A DNA stretch of 64,000 nucleotides, taken from the NCBI GenBank assembly GCA_037441705.1, contig JBBIRR010000012.1, positions 15,001 through 79,000 on the forward strand, written 5' to 3'. A program made the translations under genes and the position numbers. Source of the DNA: Ignavibacteriales bacterium (GTDB lineage Bacteria > Bacteroidota > Ignavibacteria > UBA10030 > UBA6906). The notes under the pieces are model-generated. The model ran no database searches. It saw only the letters and a list, made by a program, of their open reading frames with translations, and was not told the origin of the DNA. Below are positions 1-10,557 of the stretch, piece after piece. How positions within the stretch are numbered: position 1 is the first letter of the stretch; each line of letters begins with the position of its first letter.

Positions 1-1
1 G

Positions 2-1621
2 CGCGTGATGGTGGAAGATGTCGAGCTGCCATTTCCCGAGTCGGTTGCCGCGTCGGAAATTCACAAAGCAGGTCGGACGGGAGGTACGGGAGCGAAATTT
101 CTGTTCGGCGCAATGGGTGTCGGTGCATTCATTCAGGCGCTCGGACAATTTCGCTTCTTTGCAACCACGTGGGAACATTTCGTTTCCTTCAGCAAGTCGG
201 TCATCCCCTTGCGATCCAGCGGCGAGGTAACGGCGCAAAGCGGTATGTTGCTCAGCTCTCCCGGTGTCAGTCCGGCCTACATTGGCGTCGGTTACATCAT
301 CGGGCCAAAACTTGCCTCATTGAATTTTAGCGGCGGATTGGTTGCGTGGGGACTCTTCGTTCCCATCCTGACGTACTTCATCGGGCCGTCGCTCATTGAT
401 CTCAACGCCCCGCACGACGATGCAACCTGGGTGGGTCTGGCCAACAACGTGTGGCGCTACATCGTCCGGCCCATTGCCATCGGCGGGATGTTGATGAGTG
501 CGGGATTCACCCTCTTCAGAATGCGAAAGAGTCTTGCCGCGGGCCTGGCGCGTTCGATCAGCGACGTCAAGAAGGCCGCCACAGGTGAGCATGTTACGAT
601 TCGCACGGAGCAAGACCTCAGCTTCAAGTGGGTCATGACCGGCGTCGGCGCTGCGGCGGTAGCGACCTTCTTTATCTATAACTATTTCGCTCAGGATGTT
701 GCCGCGGCACTGGTGGCAACCGTCGTCATGGTTATCGCGGGTTTCTTCTTTGCTGCTGTCTCCGGCTACCTCGTCGGCATCATCGGTTCGAGCAACAATC
801 CCATTAGCGGACTGACACTTTCTACGCTTCTTGTTGCTGCGCTCCTGATGGTGGCGCTGGGAATGAAAGGTGCGCCGGGGGTGGCTGCCGTGCTTGGCGT
901 TGCCGCAGTGGTGTGCGTGGCGGCGGCGGTCGCGGGCGAAATGTTACAGGATCTCAAAGTCGGACACATTCTTGGCGGCACGCCGTGGAAAATGCAGGTG
1001 GGCGATCTGTTCGGCATTGCTGTTGCCGCCGTGGTGATGTTTCTGCCGCTGGTCGTTTTGCATCAAGGCGACATCAACACGGGCGGAGCCGGTTTTGGCG
1101 GGCGCAATCTTCCAGCCCCACAGGCAAGTTTGATGGCGCTGCTGTCGCAGGGAATCGTCGGCGGGCAAATGGCGTGGCCGCTCATCATCGTCGGCATGCT
1201 GATGGGCTTCGGGTTCATCCTCATGCAAGTCAAAAGTCCGATGCTTGTATGCGTGGGCATGTACCTTCCGCTCGAAACCACGTTCGCGATTTTCATCGGC
1301 GGATTGATCAAGGGCGTCGTGGAGCGGGCGAACGCGCGACGACAGCACAACGACGCGCAGAAAGCTCGCGTCGAAAATACCGGTGTGCTTCTGGCTGCTG
1401 GCTTGATCGCGGGGGAAGCACTAATCGGGTTGCTCTTTGCGGGACTTGCTTTCTTTGAAGTGCCGTATCAAGGTTTCTTCCCGTCCCTGATCAGCGCGCT
1501 GCCGCTTCCGTTCTCGGTCAGCCTTCTCGTGTTCGTGGCGATCGCCTGGATTCTGATTCGTATCCCCATCAAGAACGCAGGCAGGCCCGATGAGCCGGCT
1601 CCGCCCAGCGCGGTGATGTAG
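2..1621 (+). CDS. OPT-family oligopeptide transporter, 5'-truncated by the window edge
   Basis: Highly hydrophobic; OPT motifs LPFPESVAASEI, GSSNNPISG, LQDLKVGHILGGTPWKMQ, LPAPQA; frame is open to the window start. Confidence 0.9.
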   Translation, partial: RVMVEDVELPFPESVAASEIHKAGRTGGTGAKFLFGAMGVGAFIQALGQFRFFATTWEHFVSFSKSVIPLRSSGEVTAQSGMLLSSPGVSPAYIGVGYIIGPKLASLNFSGGLVAWGLFVPILTYFIGPSLIDLNAPHDDATWVGLANNVWRYIVRPIAIGGMLMSAGFTLFRMRKSLAAGLARSISDVKKAATGEHVTIRTEQDLSFKWVMTGVGAAAVATFFIYNYFAQDVAAALVATVVMVIAGFFFAAVSGYLVGIIGSSNNPISGLTLSTLLVAALLMVALGMKGAPGVAAVLGVAAVVCVAAAVAGEMLQDLKVGHILGGTPWKMQVGDLFGIAVAAVVMFLPLVVLHQGDINTGGAGFGGRNLPAPQASLMALLSQGIVGGQMAWPLIIVGMLMGFGFILMQVKSPMLVCVGMYLPLETTFAIFIGGLIKGVVERANARRQHNDAQKARVENTGVLLAAGLIAGEALIGLLFAGLAFFEVPYQGFFPSLISALPLPFSVSLLVFVAIAWILIRIPIKNAGRPDEPAPPSAVM

Positions 1622-1730
1622 AACGAAGTTGCAATCGGCAAGCTCCAAAGAACCTCTCGGAACACGAGCTTGAGAATTCTTCTGGAGCTTGACTTCTTCC
1701 CCGAACCGGCGGATAGAGCGTTGATGATGT

Positions 1731-2072
1731 ATGGAACAAGAACAATTCTTGAATCTGCTTGAGCTTAGGCCGCAGCGGAATCTCCGATGGGAGATGGGCG
1801 AGAACGGCCTCGTCACGCTGATTGTCCCGAAGTTCAAGAACAAGTATGTTGTAAAGTGGTTTGTACCGTTGCTGGCCAAACCGAACATCAAAGTGAAACT
1901 GGATGCCTTGGGCAGTTTCGTCTGGAGCAGATGCGACGGCCAGACTTCGGTGGAACAAATCGGTCGGGACATGACGGAGGCCTTCGGCGAGCCGTTAGAA
2001 CAACTGTACGACAGGATTGGCCGCTTCCTTGCGAAGCTGGCCAAAGATAAGTTTGTTATATTGACATCATGA
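1731..2072 (+). CDS. Stand-alone PqqD-family / RRE-fold protein
   Basis: 113 aa with KLDALGSFVWSRCDGQTSVEQI...FLAKL, the PqqD pattern (LxxxGxxxWxxxDG..tv..i). Confidence 0.8.
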   Translation: MEQEQFLNLLELRPQRNLRWEMGENGLVTLIVPKFKNKYVVKWFVPLLAKPNIKVKLDALGSFVWSRCDGQTSVEQIGRDMTEAFGEPLEQLYDRIGRFLAKLAKDKFVILTS

Positions 2073-2185
2073 TCTTGCGCGAGGCGAAACGGAGGATCCA
2101 CTCTCTCGCAATCATCATGTGATTCACATGCTCGATCACTCCTGATCATGAACAAGAACTCATCTCAGCTTGAAAGGAGCATCAA

Positions 2186-3640
2186 ATGAACCCGGCAATT
2201 GAAGGACTCAAACCCGAACTCGTCTGGAAATACTTTGCGGAAATCTGCACGATTCCTCGCCCCTCGAAGCATGAGGAGAAAATGACGAACTACGTTCTTG
2301 GCAAAGCCAAGGAGTTTGGGCTGGAAGCAAAGAAAGACAAGTACGGCAACGTCGTCGTGCGCAAACCCGCTTCGCCAGGACGCGAACATGTGCGCATGAT
2401 CTGCTTGCAGGGCCATCTCGACATGGTGGCGGAGAAGAACAAAGATAAAGTGCATGACTTTCTGAAGGATCCGATTGAACTGGTTCGCAAAGGAAATGTG
2501 CTGATGGCCAACGGCACGACACTCGGTGCGGATAACGGCATTGCTGTCGCGACAAATCTTGCCATCATGGAGGATAAGTCGCTGGAACACGGTCCGCTCG
2601 AGTTCCTCTTCACGGTCGATGAGGAGACGGGCTTGACGGGCGCCAGCAATCTTTCACCCGGATTTCTCCAGAGCAAAACGATGCTTAATCTCGACTCCGA
2701 AGAGGAAGGCTCGATCTATGTCGGCTGCGCAGGCGGGCGCGATACGACCTCGACATGGAAGCTCGCATTCGACGCAGCACCCCGTGACACCGTGGCGGCG
2801 ACGGTTTCCGTTAAGGGGCTGAAAGGCGGCCATTCAGGACTGGAGATCGATAAGGGACGAGGCAACGCCATCAAGATTCTCAACCGTGCTTTGCTGCAAC
2901 TGGACAAACTCGGCGCTCGTCTCTCCAGCATGGAAGGAGGCAACAAGCACAACGCCATTCCTCGAGAAGCCGACGCTCTAGTCTTCATTCCGAAAAAGAA
3001 GTGGAAGGCAGCAGCGGCGGCCATCGAGAAGTTCAATGCCGTTGCGCGAGCCGAGCTTTCCACAGTTGATCCCGACTTGAGTGTTTCGATCACCGAGACA
3101 TCAGTAAAGAAAGGAAAAGTGATCAAGAAAAAACTCCAGGATCAGATACTCAAGACGATTTCAGGGTTGCCGCACGGCGTGATCAAGATGAGTGCGGATA
3201 TTCCGGGACTGGTCGAGACTTCGACGAACGTAGCCGTCATTCGGACGGAAAAGGCAAAGATGGTTCTTGTCACCAGCCAGCGCAGCTCGGTGATGAGCGA
3301 GTTGGATGAGATTCAGCATTCCGTTGCTTCGATTTCCGAGTTGGGCGGCGCACAGGTGAAGACCGGCGACGGCTATCCGGGCTGGAAGCCGAACCTCGAT
3401 TCCGACATCCTTAAAGTCGCAAAGGCCACCTACAGACAACTGTATGGCAAAGAGCCCGAGATCAAGGCCATTCATGCCGGCCTCGAGTGCGGCATCATCG
3501 GCGAAAAGATGCAGGGAATGGATATGATTTCCTTCGGTCCGACTCTCGAAGGCGTTCACTCGCCGGATGAGAAAATCTATATTGATACGGTGGAGAAGTT
3601 CTGGAACTTCCTGCTGGCCATATTGCGGAATGTCAACTGA
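2186..3640 (+). CDS. pepD: Aminoacyl-histidine dipeptidase (peptidase M20C)
   Basis: IPRPSKHEE, LQGHLDMV, TTLGADNGI, DEETGLTGA, GGHSG, IHAGLECG, VHSPDE. Confidence 0.93.
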   Translation: MNPAIEGLKPELVWKYFAEICTIPRPSKHEEKMTNYVLGKAKEFGLEAKKDKYGNVVVRKPASPGREHVRMICLQGHLDMVAEKNKDKVHDFLKDPIELVRKGNVLMANGTTLGADNGIAVATNLAIMEDKSLEHGPLEFLFTVDEETGLTGASNLSPGFLQSKTMLNLDSEEEGSIYVGCAGGRDTTSTWKLAFDAAPRDTVAATVSVKGLKGGHSGLEIDKGRGNAIKILNRALLQLDKLGARLSSMEGGNKHNAIPREADALVFIPKKKWKAAAAAIEKFNAVARAELSTVDPDLSVSITETSVKKGKVIKKKLQDQILKTISGLPHGVIKMSADIPGLVETSTNVAVIRTEKAKMVLVTSQRSSVMSELDEIQHSVASISELGGAQVKTGDGYPGWKPNLDSDILKVAKATYRQLYGKEPEIKAIHAGLECGIIGEKMQGMDMISFGPTLEGVHSPDEKIYIDTVEKFWNFLLAILRNVN

Positions 3641-3676
3641 GATCTTCGAGAAGCCGTCACACGATAACTTGCTGTC

Positions 3677-5008
3677 ATGACAGTCCCTCTTGCTGGTGAT
3701 CCATCTCGCCCCGAGCCGCCGCGCACGTACCGGTGGCTCGTTCTCTTCATCATCAGTCTGCCGATGTTCGGCAACTACTATATCTACGACAGCATCAATC
3801 CGTTGACGGACATCTTTCAGCAGCAACTGGGATTCACGGACTCGCAGATAGGGTGGCTGAATTCCAGTTACAGCGTTGCAGCCGTCGTCACGCTGTTGTT
3901 GGGTGGCATCATCATTGATCGTCTCGGCGTGAGAAAGGCAATCCTTCTGTTTTCTTCCATCTGTGCTGTTGCCGCGCTGCTCAGCGCCATCAGCGACAGT
4001 TTTGTGACGATGGCTGTTGGTCGCACGGTGTTGGGTCTTGGCGCTGAGTCGCTCATCGTCGCGGTGACGACTGCTCTGGCAAAGTGGTTCAAGGGGAAGG
4101 AGTTGAGTTTTGCATTCGGCGTTAACCTCTTGATTGCGCGCCTTGCGTCGGTGGCAGCCGATAACTCGCCCACGTGGGCCGCGTTTGCCTTCTATCCCAA
4201 CGGTCCGGCTGCACCCCCGTCCTGGCAAGGCCCACTGTGGCTTGCCTTTGGTGCGGGACTCGTTTGCGTTATCAGCGCGGCTGCGTATTGGTGGATGGAA
4301 AACTACGCAACCCAGAAGTACCAACTCGGCAGGGCAGGGGCAGTGGACAAGTTGGAGATTGGCGCGGGCATGTTCAAGTACAGCAGGTCATACTGGTTCA
4401 TCGTCGGATTATGCTTTACGTTCTACTCAGCCATCTTTCCCTTCCGAACATTTGCCGTGAAATTCTTCCAGCACACGCATGCGATCTCGTTACAGGAAGC
4501 AGGATTCTTCAACAGTTTGCTTCCGCTCTCGGCGATGATAGCAACGCCTCTTTTTGGATTGTTGGTCGATCGCGTCGGCAAGCGGGCGTTGTTCATGCTC
4601 TTCGGATCGCTGTTGTTGTTCCCCGTGTATCTCTTGATGCTGAGTCCTGCGATAACCCTCTGGCTGCCGACGGTGATGATGGGAATTGCCTTCTCACTCA
4701 TTCCGGCGGTGATGTGGCCTTCGGTTGCCTACATCGTTGATGAGCGACGTCTCGGCACGGCCTACGCGTTGATGACGCTGATTCAGCAGATCGGGTTCTT
4801 CGCTCTCAACTGGCTCATCGGCGCGGCCAATGACTCGCAGGGGGCGAGTGCCGCGCATCCCGACGGTTACGCTCTGGGAATGTATCTGTTTTCTCTCCTC
4901 GGCTTTCTGGGATTACTCTTCTCGTATCTGCTGCGCCGCAGCGAGACGGGTCCCGGCGGCCACGGGTTGGAAACCATCACCGTCAGGTCTTCCCACGCAG
5001 CGCCGTGA
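3677..5008 (+). CDS. MFS transporter, MFSD1-like
   Basis: About 12 TM segments; MFS motif A (GIIIDRLGVRK, GLLVDRVGKR); N-terminal FGNYYIYD and GLGAESL...WFKGKELSFAFG resemble MFSD1. Confidence 0.8.
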   Translation: MTVPLAGDPSRPEPPRTYRWLVLFIISLPMFGNYYIYDSINPLTDIFQQQLGFTDSQIGWLNSSYSVAAVVTLLLGGIIIDRLGVRKAILLFSSICAVAALLSAISDSFVTMAVGRTVLGLGAESLIVAVTTALAKWFKGKELSFAFGVNLLIARLASVAADNSPTWAAFAFYPNGPAAPPSWQGPLWLAFGAGLVCVISAAAYWWMENYATQKYQLGRAGAVDKLEIGAGMFKYSRSYWFIVGLCFTFYSAIFPFRTFAVKFFQHTHAISLQEAGFFNSLLPLSAMIATPLFGLLVDRVGKRALFMLFGSLLLFPVYLLMLSPAITLWLPTVMMGIAFSLIPAVMWPSVAYIVDERRLGTAYALMTLIQQIGFFALNWLIGAANDSQGASAAHPDGYALGMYLFSLLGFLGLLFSYLLRRSETGPGGHGLETITVRSSHAAP

Positions 5009-5033
5009 CACGCATTCACCGAAGGGAGGGGAG

Positions 5034-5333
5034 ATGAGGATAGTCCTTCTGCTACTCATGGGTGTCTTTCTTCTCTCGTGTGCCGAGCGGCAAGAAGCAA
5101 AGCACGAGCAGGAGATCGAGTCCCTCAAAGGCAAAACGATGCAGGACGTACTCCACGCCCTCGGCACTCCGCGCGTGGTGGACTCATCAGCCTCGGCCGC
5201 TGAGCGGATCTGGGGCTACTATCAGGTGATGGTGCGTTCGACCGCAACGGCAGCGCCGCGCCAGCGCACGGTGCTTATTGTTTTCACGAAACGTGACTCT
5301 TCGTTCATCGTCACGGAAGTTCGAATCCCATGA
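5034..5333 (+). CDS. Small lipoprotein (SmpA/BamE-like fold possible)
   Basis: GGAGG RBS before ATG 5034; signal MRIVLLLLMGVFLLSC with lipobox; GKTMQDVLHALGTP...WGYY pattern. Confidence 0.65.
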   Translation: MRIVLLLLMGVFLLSCAERQEAKHEQEIESLKGKTMQDVLHALGTPRVVDSSASAAERIWGYYQVMVRSTATAAPRQRTVLIVFTKRDSSFIVTEVRIP

Positions 5334-5451
5334 ACGCCAGTCTCTGAAAGCGTGAGCTTCTTCACCGAGCGCATGCCCGGTCTTACATCCTTCCTTCAAA
5401 ATCCTTACCTTATGATGCAAAAGTTGATCTGTTCATTCTTGTGGGGAGAAG

Positions 5452-5847
5452 ATGCCCGAACGACTTCATCAACGACACTTCACACTTGAGGAAGCCCGTC
5501 GCGAACTTACCAGCGTTCATGCACTCGCCAGCAAACTTGTCGAACTCAAACGACAGCTCGATGCAAAAGGATGGGATGTGTACCGCCACCAATATTTCGG
5601 GGGAATGGGACCGAATGGGGATGGTACATTCCCGCAGGAGGTCGAGACGTTGGTTGAGATTGTTCGGGGACTTGAAGCTCGAGGCATTCTCGTGAAGGGT
5701 CTCGATCAGGGGCTGATCGATTTTCCCCATATCCGCTCGAACGGCGAAGAGGTCTATTTGTGTTGGATGGTCGGCGAAAACGACATCGCCTACTGGCATA
5801 GAATTGACGACGGGTATGCGGGACGACGAAGTATTGAAGAATTGTAA
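5452..5847 (+). CDS. DUF2203-family protein
   Basis: FTLEEA at N-terminus; GILVKGLDQGLIDFP, VYLCW..GE..I.YWH...GYAGRR. Confidence 0.85.
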   Translation: MPERLHQRHFTLEEARRELTSVHALASKLVELKRQLDAKGWDVYRHQYFGGMGPNGDGTFPQEVETLVEIVRGLEARGILVKGLDQGLIDFPHIRSNGEEVYLCWMVGENDIAYWHRIDDGYAGRRSIEEL

Positions 5848-5953
5848 TCTCTCCGCTTAAACCATACAAATGGACAGGTCGTCCAACTTGTGCTTTGGGA
5901 ACGAGCATGATTCGAAGGCGTGTCGTTACGATTGAATATTCGCTGAGGATTCT

Positions 5954-7210
5954 ATGAAAAAAAAATGGCTCTGGCTCGCTGTGGGCGCGGTTGTTGTTCT
6001 CGGCGGCGGGTTTCTGCTGCTGAACAACGGCAACAGCAACAAGATAACGTATCGGACGGCAAAGGTTGATCGCGGCGACATTGCAGTGCTGATCAGCGCG
6101 ACCGGAACCTTGCAGGCCGTCACGACGGTCGAAGTTGGCTCGCAGGTTTCCGGAACCATCGCAAAGCTGTATGCGGATTTCAACACGCGGGTCAAGGAGG
6201 GCCAACTGCTGGCACAGCTCGATCCCACGTTTCTGCAAGCAACGGTGAACGAGCAGCGCGCTAACGTGGATCGAGCAAGGCGCAGGTGAATGAAAGCGCA
6301 ACGCAACTTCAACCGGACGTCGGATCTCTTTGCGAAGTCGCTCGTCTCGCAAGCAGATATGGATGCCGCGACGACGGCGCTGGAGTCCGCCAAAGCGAAC
6401 CTCGCGCAGGCACAAGCGGCGCTCGATCGGGCGGTGGTGAACCTGCGCTATGCAACCATCCGGGCACCGATCAGTGGGGTGGTGATTTCGCGGGATGTGG
6501 ATGTCGGACAAACCGTAGCCGCGAGTTTGCAGGCGCCGAAGTTGTTTACCATCGCGCAGGACCTTCGCAAGATGCAGGTACAGGCAAGCGTGGATGAGGC
6601 GGACATCGGGAATGTGAAGGTGGGGCAATCCGTTTCGTTCCGCGTCGATGCCTATCCCGATCTGACCTTCAAAGGTACCGTGAGTCAAATCCGCCTTGCG
6701 CCCGTCATTACGCAAAACGTCGTTACCTACACCGTCATCATAGATGTCGACAACTCCGATTTGAAGCTCATGCCGGGGATGACGGCGACGGTGTCCATCG
6801 AGGTGGCGAGCGAAGAAGACGTGATGCGCGTTCCGATTCAGGCCATCCGCTTTACTCCGCCGCCTGATGTGCTGGAGGCGCTGGCGGCGGATACGACGGG
6901 CGGGGGAAGGCGGCGTGCATTTCAGCGAAGACCGGAAAACGGTGCAGCGGAAGGCGAGCAGCAGCGGATGATGCGTTCTCCGGAACAACGTGCGCGCATC
7001 TGGGTGTTGAAGGATGGGAAACCTGTCCCGAAATTCATTCGTCGCGGTCTCCAGAACGCCACACATGTTGAAGTCGTGCGGGGCGACGTGAACGAAGGCG
7101 ATGAGGTCATTGTTGGCGCGACCTCTGGAACGCAAACGCAGGTTGCTTCGGGACAGACGAACCCGTTCGCTCCGCGGTTCCCCGGCGGCGGTCGGCGCGG
7201 CGGTTTCTAA
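5954..7210 (+). CDS. Efflux periplasmic adaptor subunit (MacA/HlyD-like); in-frame TGA at 6287-6289 from compensating indels
   Basis: ORFs 5954-6289 and 6290-7210 share one frame; ATGTL, VEVGSQVSGTI, IRAPISGVV, GQTVAASLQAPKLF, VDEADIG, LMPGMTA. Confidence 0.85.
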
Positions 7211-7232
7211 TCGTTCTCGAGCGGGCAAACGT

Positions 7233-8450
7233 ATGAGATTCTTAGAAACAATCCGAATCGCAATCGATTCGCTTCTCCGGCACAAGATGCGAGCGCTGCT
7301 CACCATGCTCGGCATCATCATAGGAGTTGGAGCAGTGATAGCCATGGTTGCGGTCGGACAAGGGGCACAGTCGGCAGTGGAGGCACAGATCGCAAGTCTC
7401 GGCTCCAATGTTCTCATCGTCTTTCCGGGCGCAACGTCGGCCGGAGGCGTGAGCTTTGGCGCCGGCACCGCGCAGACCCTGACGCTTGCGGACGTTGAAG
7501 CAATCCGAACACAATGCCCTGCCGTTGCTGCGGTCTCGCCGATGAATCGTGTCACGCGCCAGGTTGTCGCGGGCAATCTCAACTGGAGTACATCCATTCA
7601 GGGCGCGAACACGGACTTCTTCCGGATTCGTGATTGGCGCGTTGAGGTGGGGGAACCGTTCACGGAGCAGGATGTACGCGCCGCAACGAAAGTATGCGTC
7701 ATCGGCAAGACCGTTGCCGACCGACTCTTTCCCGACGGCGATCCCGTGGGCGCAACGATTCGCATTCAAAAACTTCCGTTCAAAGTGCTGGGCGTGCTTG
7801 CGCCGAAAGGACAGAACGCAATGGGAATGGATCAGGACGATCTCATCATCGCTCCATTCCCCACCGTTCAACGAAAGCTGCAGGGCGTGGACTTTGTCAG
7901 CACGATTCAGATGTCCGCCGTAACGAAGATGCAGATTCCCGAAGCGCAAGAACAGGTCACCGAACTGCTGCGCATTCGCCATCGTCTTGCCGAGTGGCAG
8001 GACAATGATTTCACGATCCGCAACCAGTCGGATATTGCGGCTGCAGCCACCGCAACGTCGAGCTTCATGACGATCCTTCTGGGCAGTATTGCGTTCCTCT
8101 CGCTCGTGGTAGGCGGGATCGGTATCATGAACATTATGCTTGTCTCCGTTCAGGAGCGGACGCGGGAAATCGGCATCCGCATGTCGGTCGGAGCGCGACG
8201 CAACGACATCCTCCAGCAGTTTCTGATCGAAGCCCTCATGCTCAGCGTCATCGGCGGGTTGATCGGCATCGGCATCGGGGTTGCCAGCTCCGGCATCATC
8301 TCGAAGTTTGCAGGCTGGCCTGTGTTTGTTTCGCCCGGCGCTGTCGGCCTGGCGTTTTTCTTTTCAGGAATGGTTGGAGTGTTCTTCGGATTTTACCCGG
8401 CGAAGAAAGCAGCGGCACTCAGTCCGATTGACGCGCTGAGATACGAGTGA
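7233..8450 (+). CDS. ABC transporter permease, MacB/FtsX type
   Basis: [42 protein letters not shown]-terminal PIDALRYE; start set at ATG 7233. Confidence 0.92.
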   Translation: MRFLETIRIAIDSLLRHKMRALLTMLGIIIGVGAVIAMVAVGQGAQSAVEAQIASLGSNVLIVFPGATSAGGVSFGAGTAQTLTLADVEAIRTQCPAVAAVSPMNRVTRQVVAGNLNWSTSIQGANTDFFRIRDWRVEVGEPFTEQDVRAATKVCVIGKTVADRLFPDGDPVGATIRIQKLPFKVLGVLAPKGQNAMGMDQDDLIIAPFPTVQRKLQGVDFVSTIQMSAVTKMQIPEAQEQVTELLRIRHRLAEWQDNDFTIRNQSDIAAAATATSSFMTILLGSIAFLSLVVGGIGIMNIMLVSVQERTREIGIRMSVGARRNDILQQFLIEALMLSVIGGLIGIGIGVASSGIISKFAGWPVFVSPGAVGLAFFFSGMVGVFFGFYPAKKAAALSPIDALRYE

Positions 8451-8463
8451 AAGGCCTTCAACG

Positions 8464-10500
8464 ATGAGCATCTTCACCCTCAGATCGGATTTCAAACCCA
8501 GCGGCGATCAGCCCGAAGCCATCCGGCAACTGACCGAGGGCGTGCTGCGCGGGGACAAGTATCAGACGCTGCTGGGCGTGACGGGCAGCGGCAAGACCTT
8601 CACGATCTCCAACGTGATTGCCAACGTCAACAAGCCCGTGTTGGTCATGTCGCACAACAAAACCCTGGCTGCGCAGCTCTACGGTGAGTTCAAGAGTTTC
8701 TTTCCGCATGACAGAGTCGAGTTCTTCATCAGCTATTACGACTACTATCAGCCTGAGGCGTACGTTCCCAGCTCGGACACCTACATCGCGAAGGATGCAT
8801 CCATCAACGACGAGATTGACCGCCTGCGGCTGCGCGCAACAAGTGCCCTGCTGAGCGGCGACCGAAACGTCATCGTGGTTGCCTCCGTCAGCTGCATTTA
8901 CGGCATCGGTGCACCGGATGAATGGGCGAGCCAGATTGTTGTGATCCGGAAAGGCGAGAGGATGGAGCGGAACGAGTTTCTGCGCAAGCTGCTCAACATC
9001 TTTTATGTCCGCAACGACTTCGAGTTTGCCCGCGGGACGATGCGCGTCCGTGGCGACGTGGTCGAGGTAATCCCCGCCTATGAGAACGAAGAGGCCATCC
9101 GCGTCGAATTCTTCGGCGATGTCATCGAGCGGATCTCCTACATCAACAAGACGGACGGTCATGTGCTTGCCGAGACGGATTACGAAGTGATCTATCCGGC
9201 AAAACAATTTGTGACCTCGAGGGAAACGCTGGAGCGGGCATTTCGCGGCATCGAGGAGGAATTGGAGGAGCGACTTGCCGAGCTGCGTGCTGCCGGCAAG
9301 CTTGTGGAAGCCCAGCGGCTCGAACAACGTACGCGATTCGATCTGGAAATGATGCGCGAAGTGGGCTACTGCTCGGGCATCGAAAACTACTCCAGGCACA
9401 TCGCAGGCAGGCCGCCGGGCTCGCGACCGGCATGTCTGTTCGACTACTTTCCGGATGATTATCTGTTGGTCATCGATGAATCTCACGTCACCGTACCGCA
9501 GATCGCCGGAATGTATCACGGTGATCGCTCGCGTAAGCAGACACTGGTCGACTACGGCTTCCGTCTCCCCTCGGCGCTGGACAATCGGCCTCTCACGTTC
9601 GAAGAGTGGGAACAGATGGTGCATCAGGTCATCTTCGTGAGCGCGACGCCCGGGGACTACGAGCTGCAGAAGTGCAAAGGCGTCGTCGTCGAGCAGCTTA
9701 TCCGTCCGACAGGACTCGTTGACCCCGAAGTCGAGGTGCGCCCGGTGAAGAATCAGATTGATGATTTGATTGCGGAGATACGCAGGCGCGCCGAACGCAA
9801 GGAGCGTGTCCTCGTTACCACCCTCACCAAACGTATGGCTGAGGATCTGACCGATTATTTGATGGAGATCGGCATCAAGGTTCGCTACATTCATTCCGAA
9901 GTTGACGCCCTCGAGCGGGTAGAAATTCTGCGCGATTTGCGATTGGGAGACTTCGACGTCTTGGTCGGGGTGAACTTACTGCGCGAGGGTTTAGATTTGC
10001 CCGAAGTATCGCTCGTGGCAATCCTTGACGCGGACAAGGAGGGGTTTCTTCGGTCAGAGAAGTCGCTCATCCAGACCGCGGGCCGCACGGCGCGCAACGT
10101 GAACGGGCGTGTCATCCTCTACGCCGATACGATCACCGGTTCCATGCAGCGGATGCTTGACGAGACGCGTCGTCGCCGTGAGAAGCAGTTGCTCTACAAT
10201 CGCGAGCACGGCATCACGGCCAGAACGGTGTACAAGACCGTCAACGAAGTGCTCGCGGCTACCGCCGTTGCGGATGTCAAGGCGGAACGCGATGCACGCC
10301 GCGAGCGGCAGAAAATGCCCGTCGTTGCCGAAAGTGTCGTTCGCTATCTGACGGCGGAGCAGCGGCGAGATCTCATCGCTGAATTGCGCGCGGAGATGAC
10401 GAAAGCAGCAAAGGATCTCGAATTCGAGAGAGCGGCACAACTGCGGGATGAAATTGCGAAGCTCGAAGCCATGCCCGCAAAGAAAGCGAAGCGAAGTTGA
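8464..10500 (+). CDS. uvrB: Excinuclease ABC subunit B
   Basis: [45 protein letters not shown]-terminal UVR domain FERAAQLRD. Confidence 0.98.
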   Translation: MSIFTLRSDFKPSGDQPEAIRQLTEGVLRGDKYQTLLGVTGSGKTFTISNVIANVNKPVLVMSHNKTLAAQLYGEFKSFFPHDRVEFFISYYDYYQPEAYVPSSDTYIAKDASINDEIDRLRLRATSALLSGDRNVIVVASVSCIYGIGAPDEWASQIVVIRKGERMERNEFLRKLLNIFYVRNDFEFARGTMRVRGDVVEVIPAYENEEAIRVEFFGDVIERISYINKTDGHVLAETDYEVIYPAKQFVTSRETLERAFRGIEEELEERLAELRAAGKLVEAQRLEQRTRFDLEMMREVGYCSGIENYSRHIAGRPPGSRPACLFDYFPDDYLLVIDESHVTVPQIAGMYHGDRSRKQTLVDYGFRLPSALDNRPLTFEEWEQMVHQVIFVSATPGDYELQKCKGVVVEQLIRPTGLVDPEVEVRPVKNQIDDLIAEIRRRAERKERVLVTTLTKRMAEDLTDYLMEIGIKVRYIHSEVDALERVEILRDLRLGDFDVLVGVNLLREGLDLPEVSLVAILDADKEGFLRSEKSLIQTAGRTARNVNGRVILYADTITGSMQRMLDETRRRREKQLLYNREHGITARTVYKTVNEVLAATAVADVKAERDARRERQKMPVVAESVVRYLTAEQRRDLIAELRAEMTKAAKDLEFERAAQLRDEIAKLEAMPAKKAKRS

Positions 10501-10557
10501 AGCGTTGCTCCTCGCGAGGATTCCATTCTCAACCACGTTCTCTCATAGGCCGACGCA

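Noticed and set aside
6287-6289. In-frame TGA as selenocysteine or readthrough
   Set aside because: Not a Cys position, and compensating indels explain it better
5546-7597. 683-aa minus-strand ORF
   Set aside because: Antisense shadow of the DUF2203, adaptor and permease genes; no recognisable motifs
8458-9894. 478-aa ORF antisense to uvrB, and similar shadows over pgk, pepD, pepT and OPT
   Set aside because: Codon-mirror ORFs of well-supported genes
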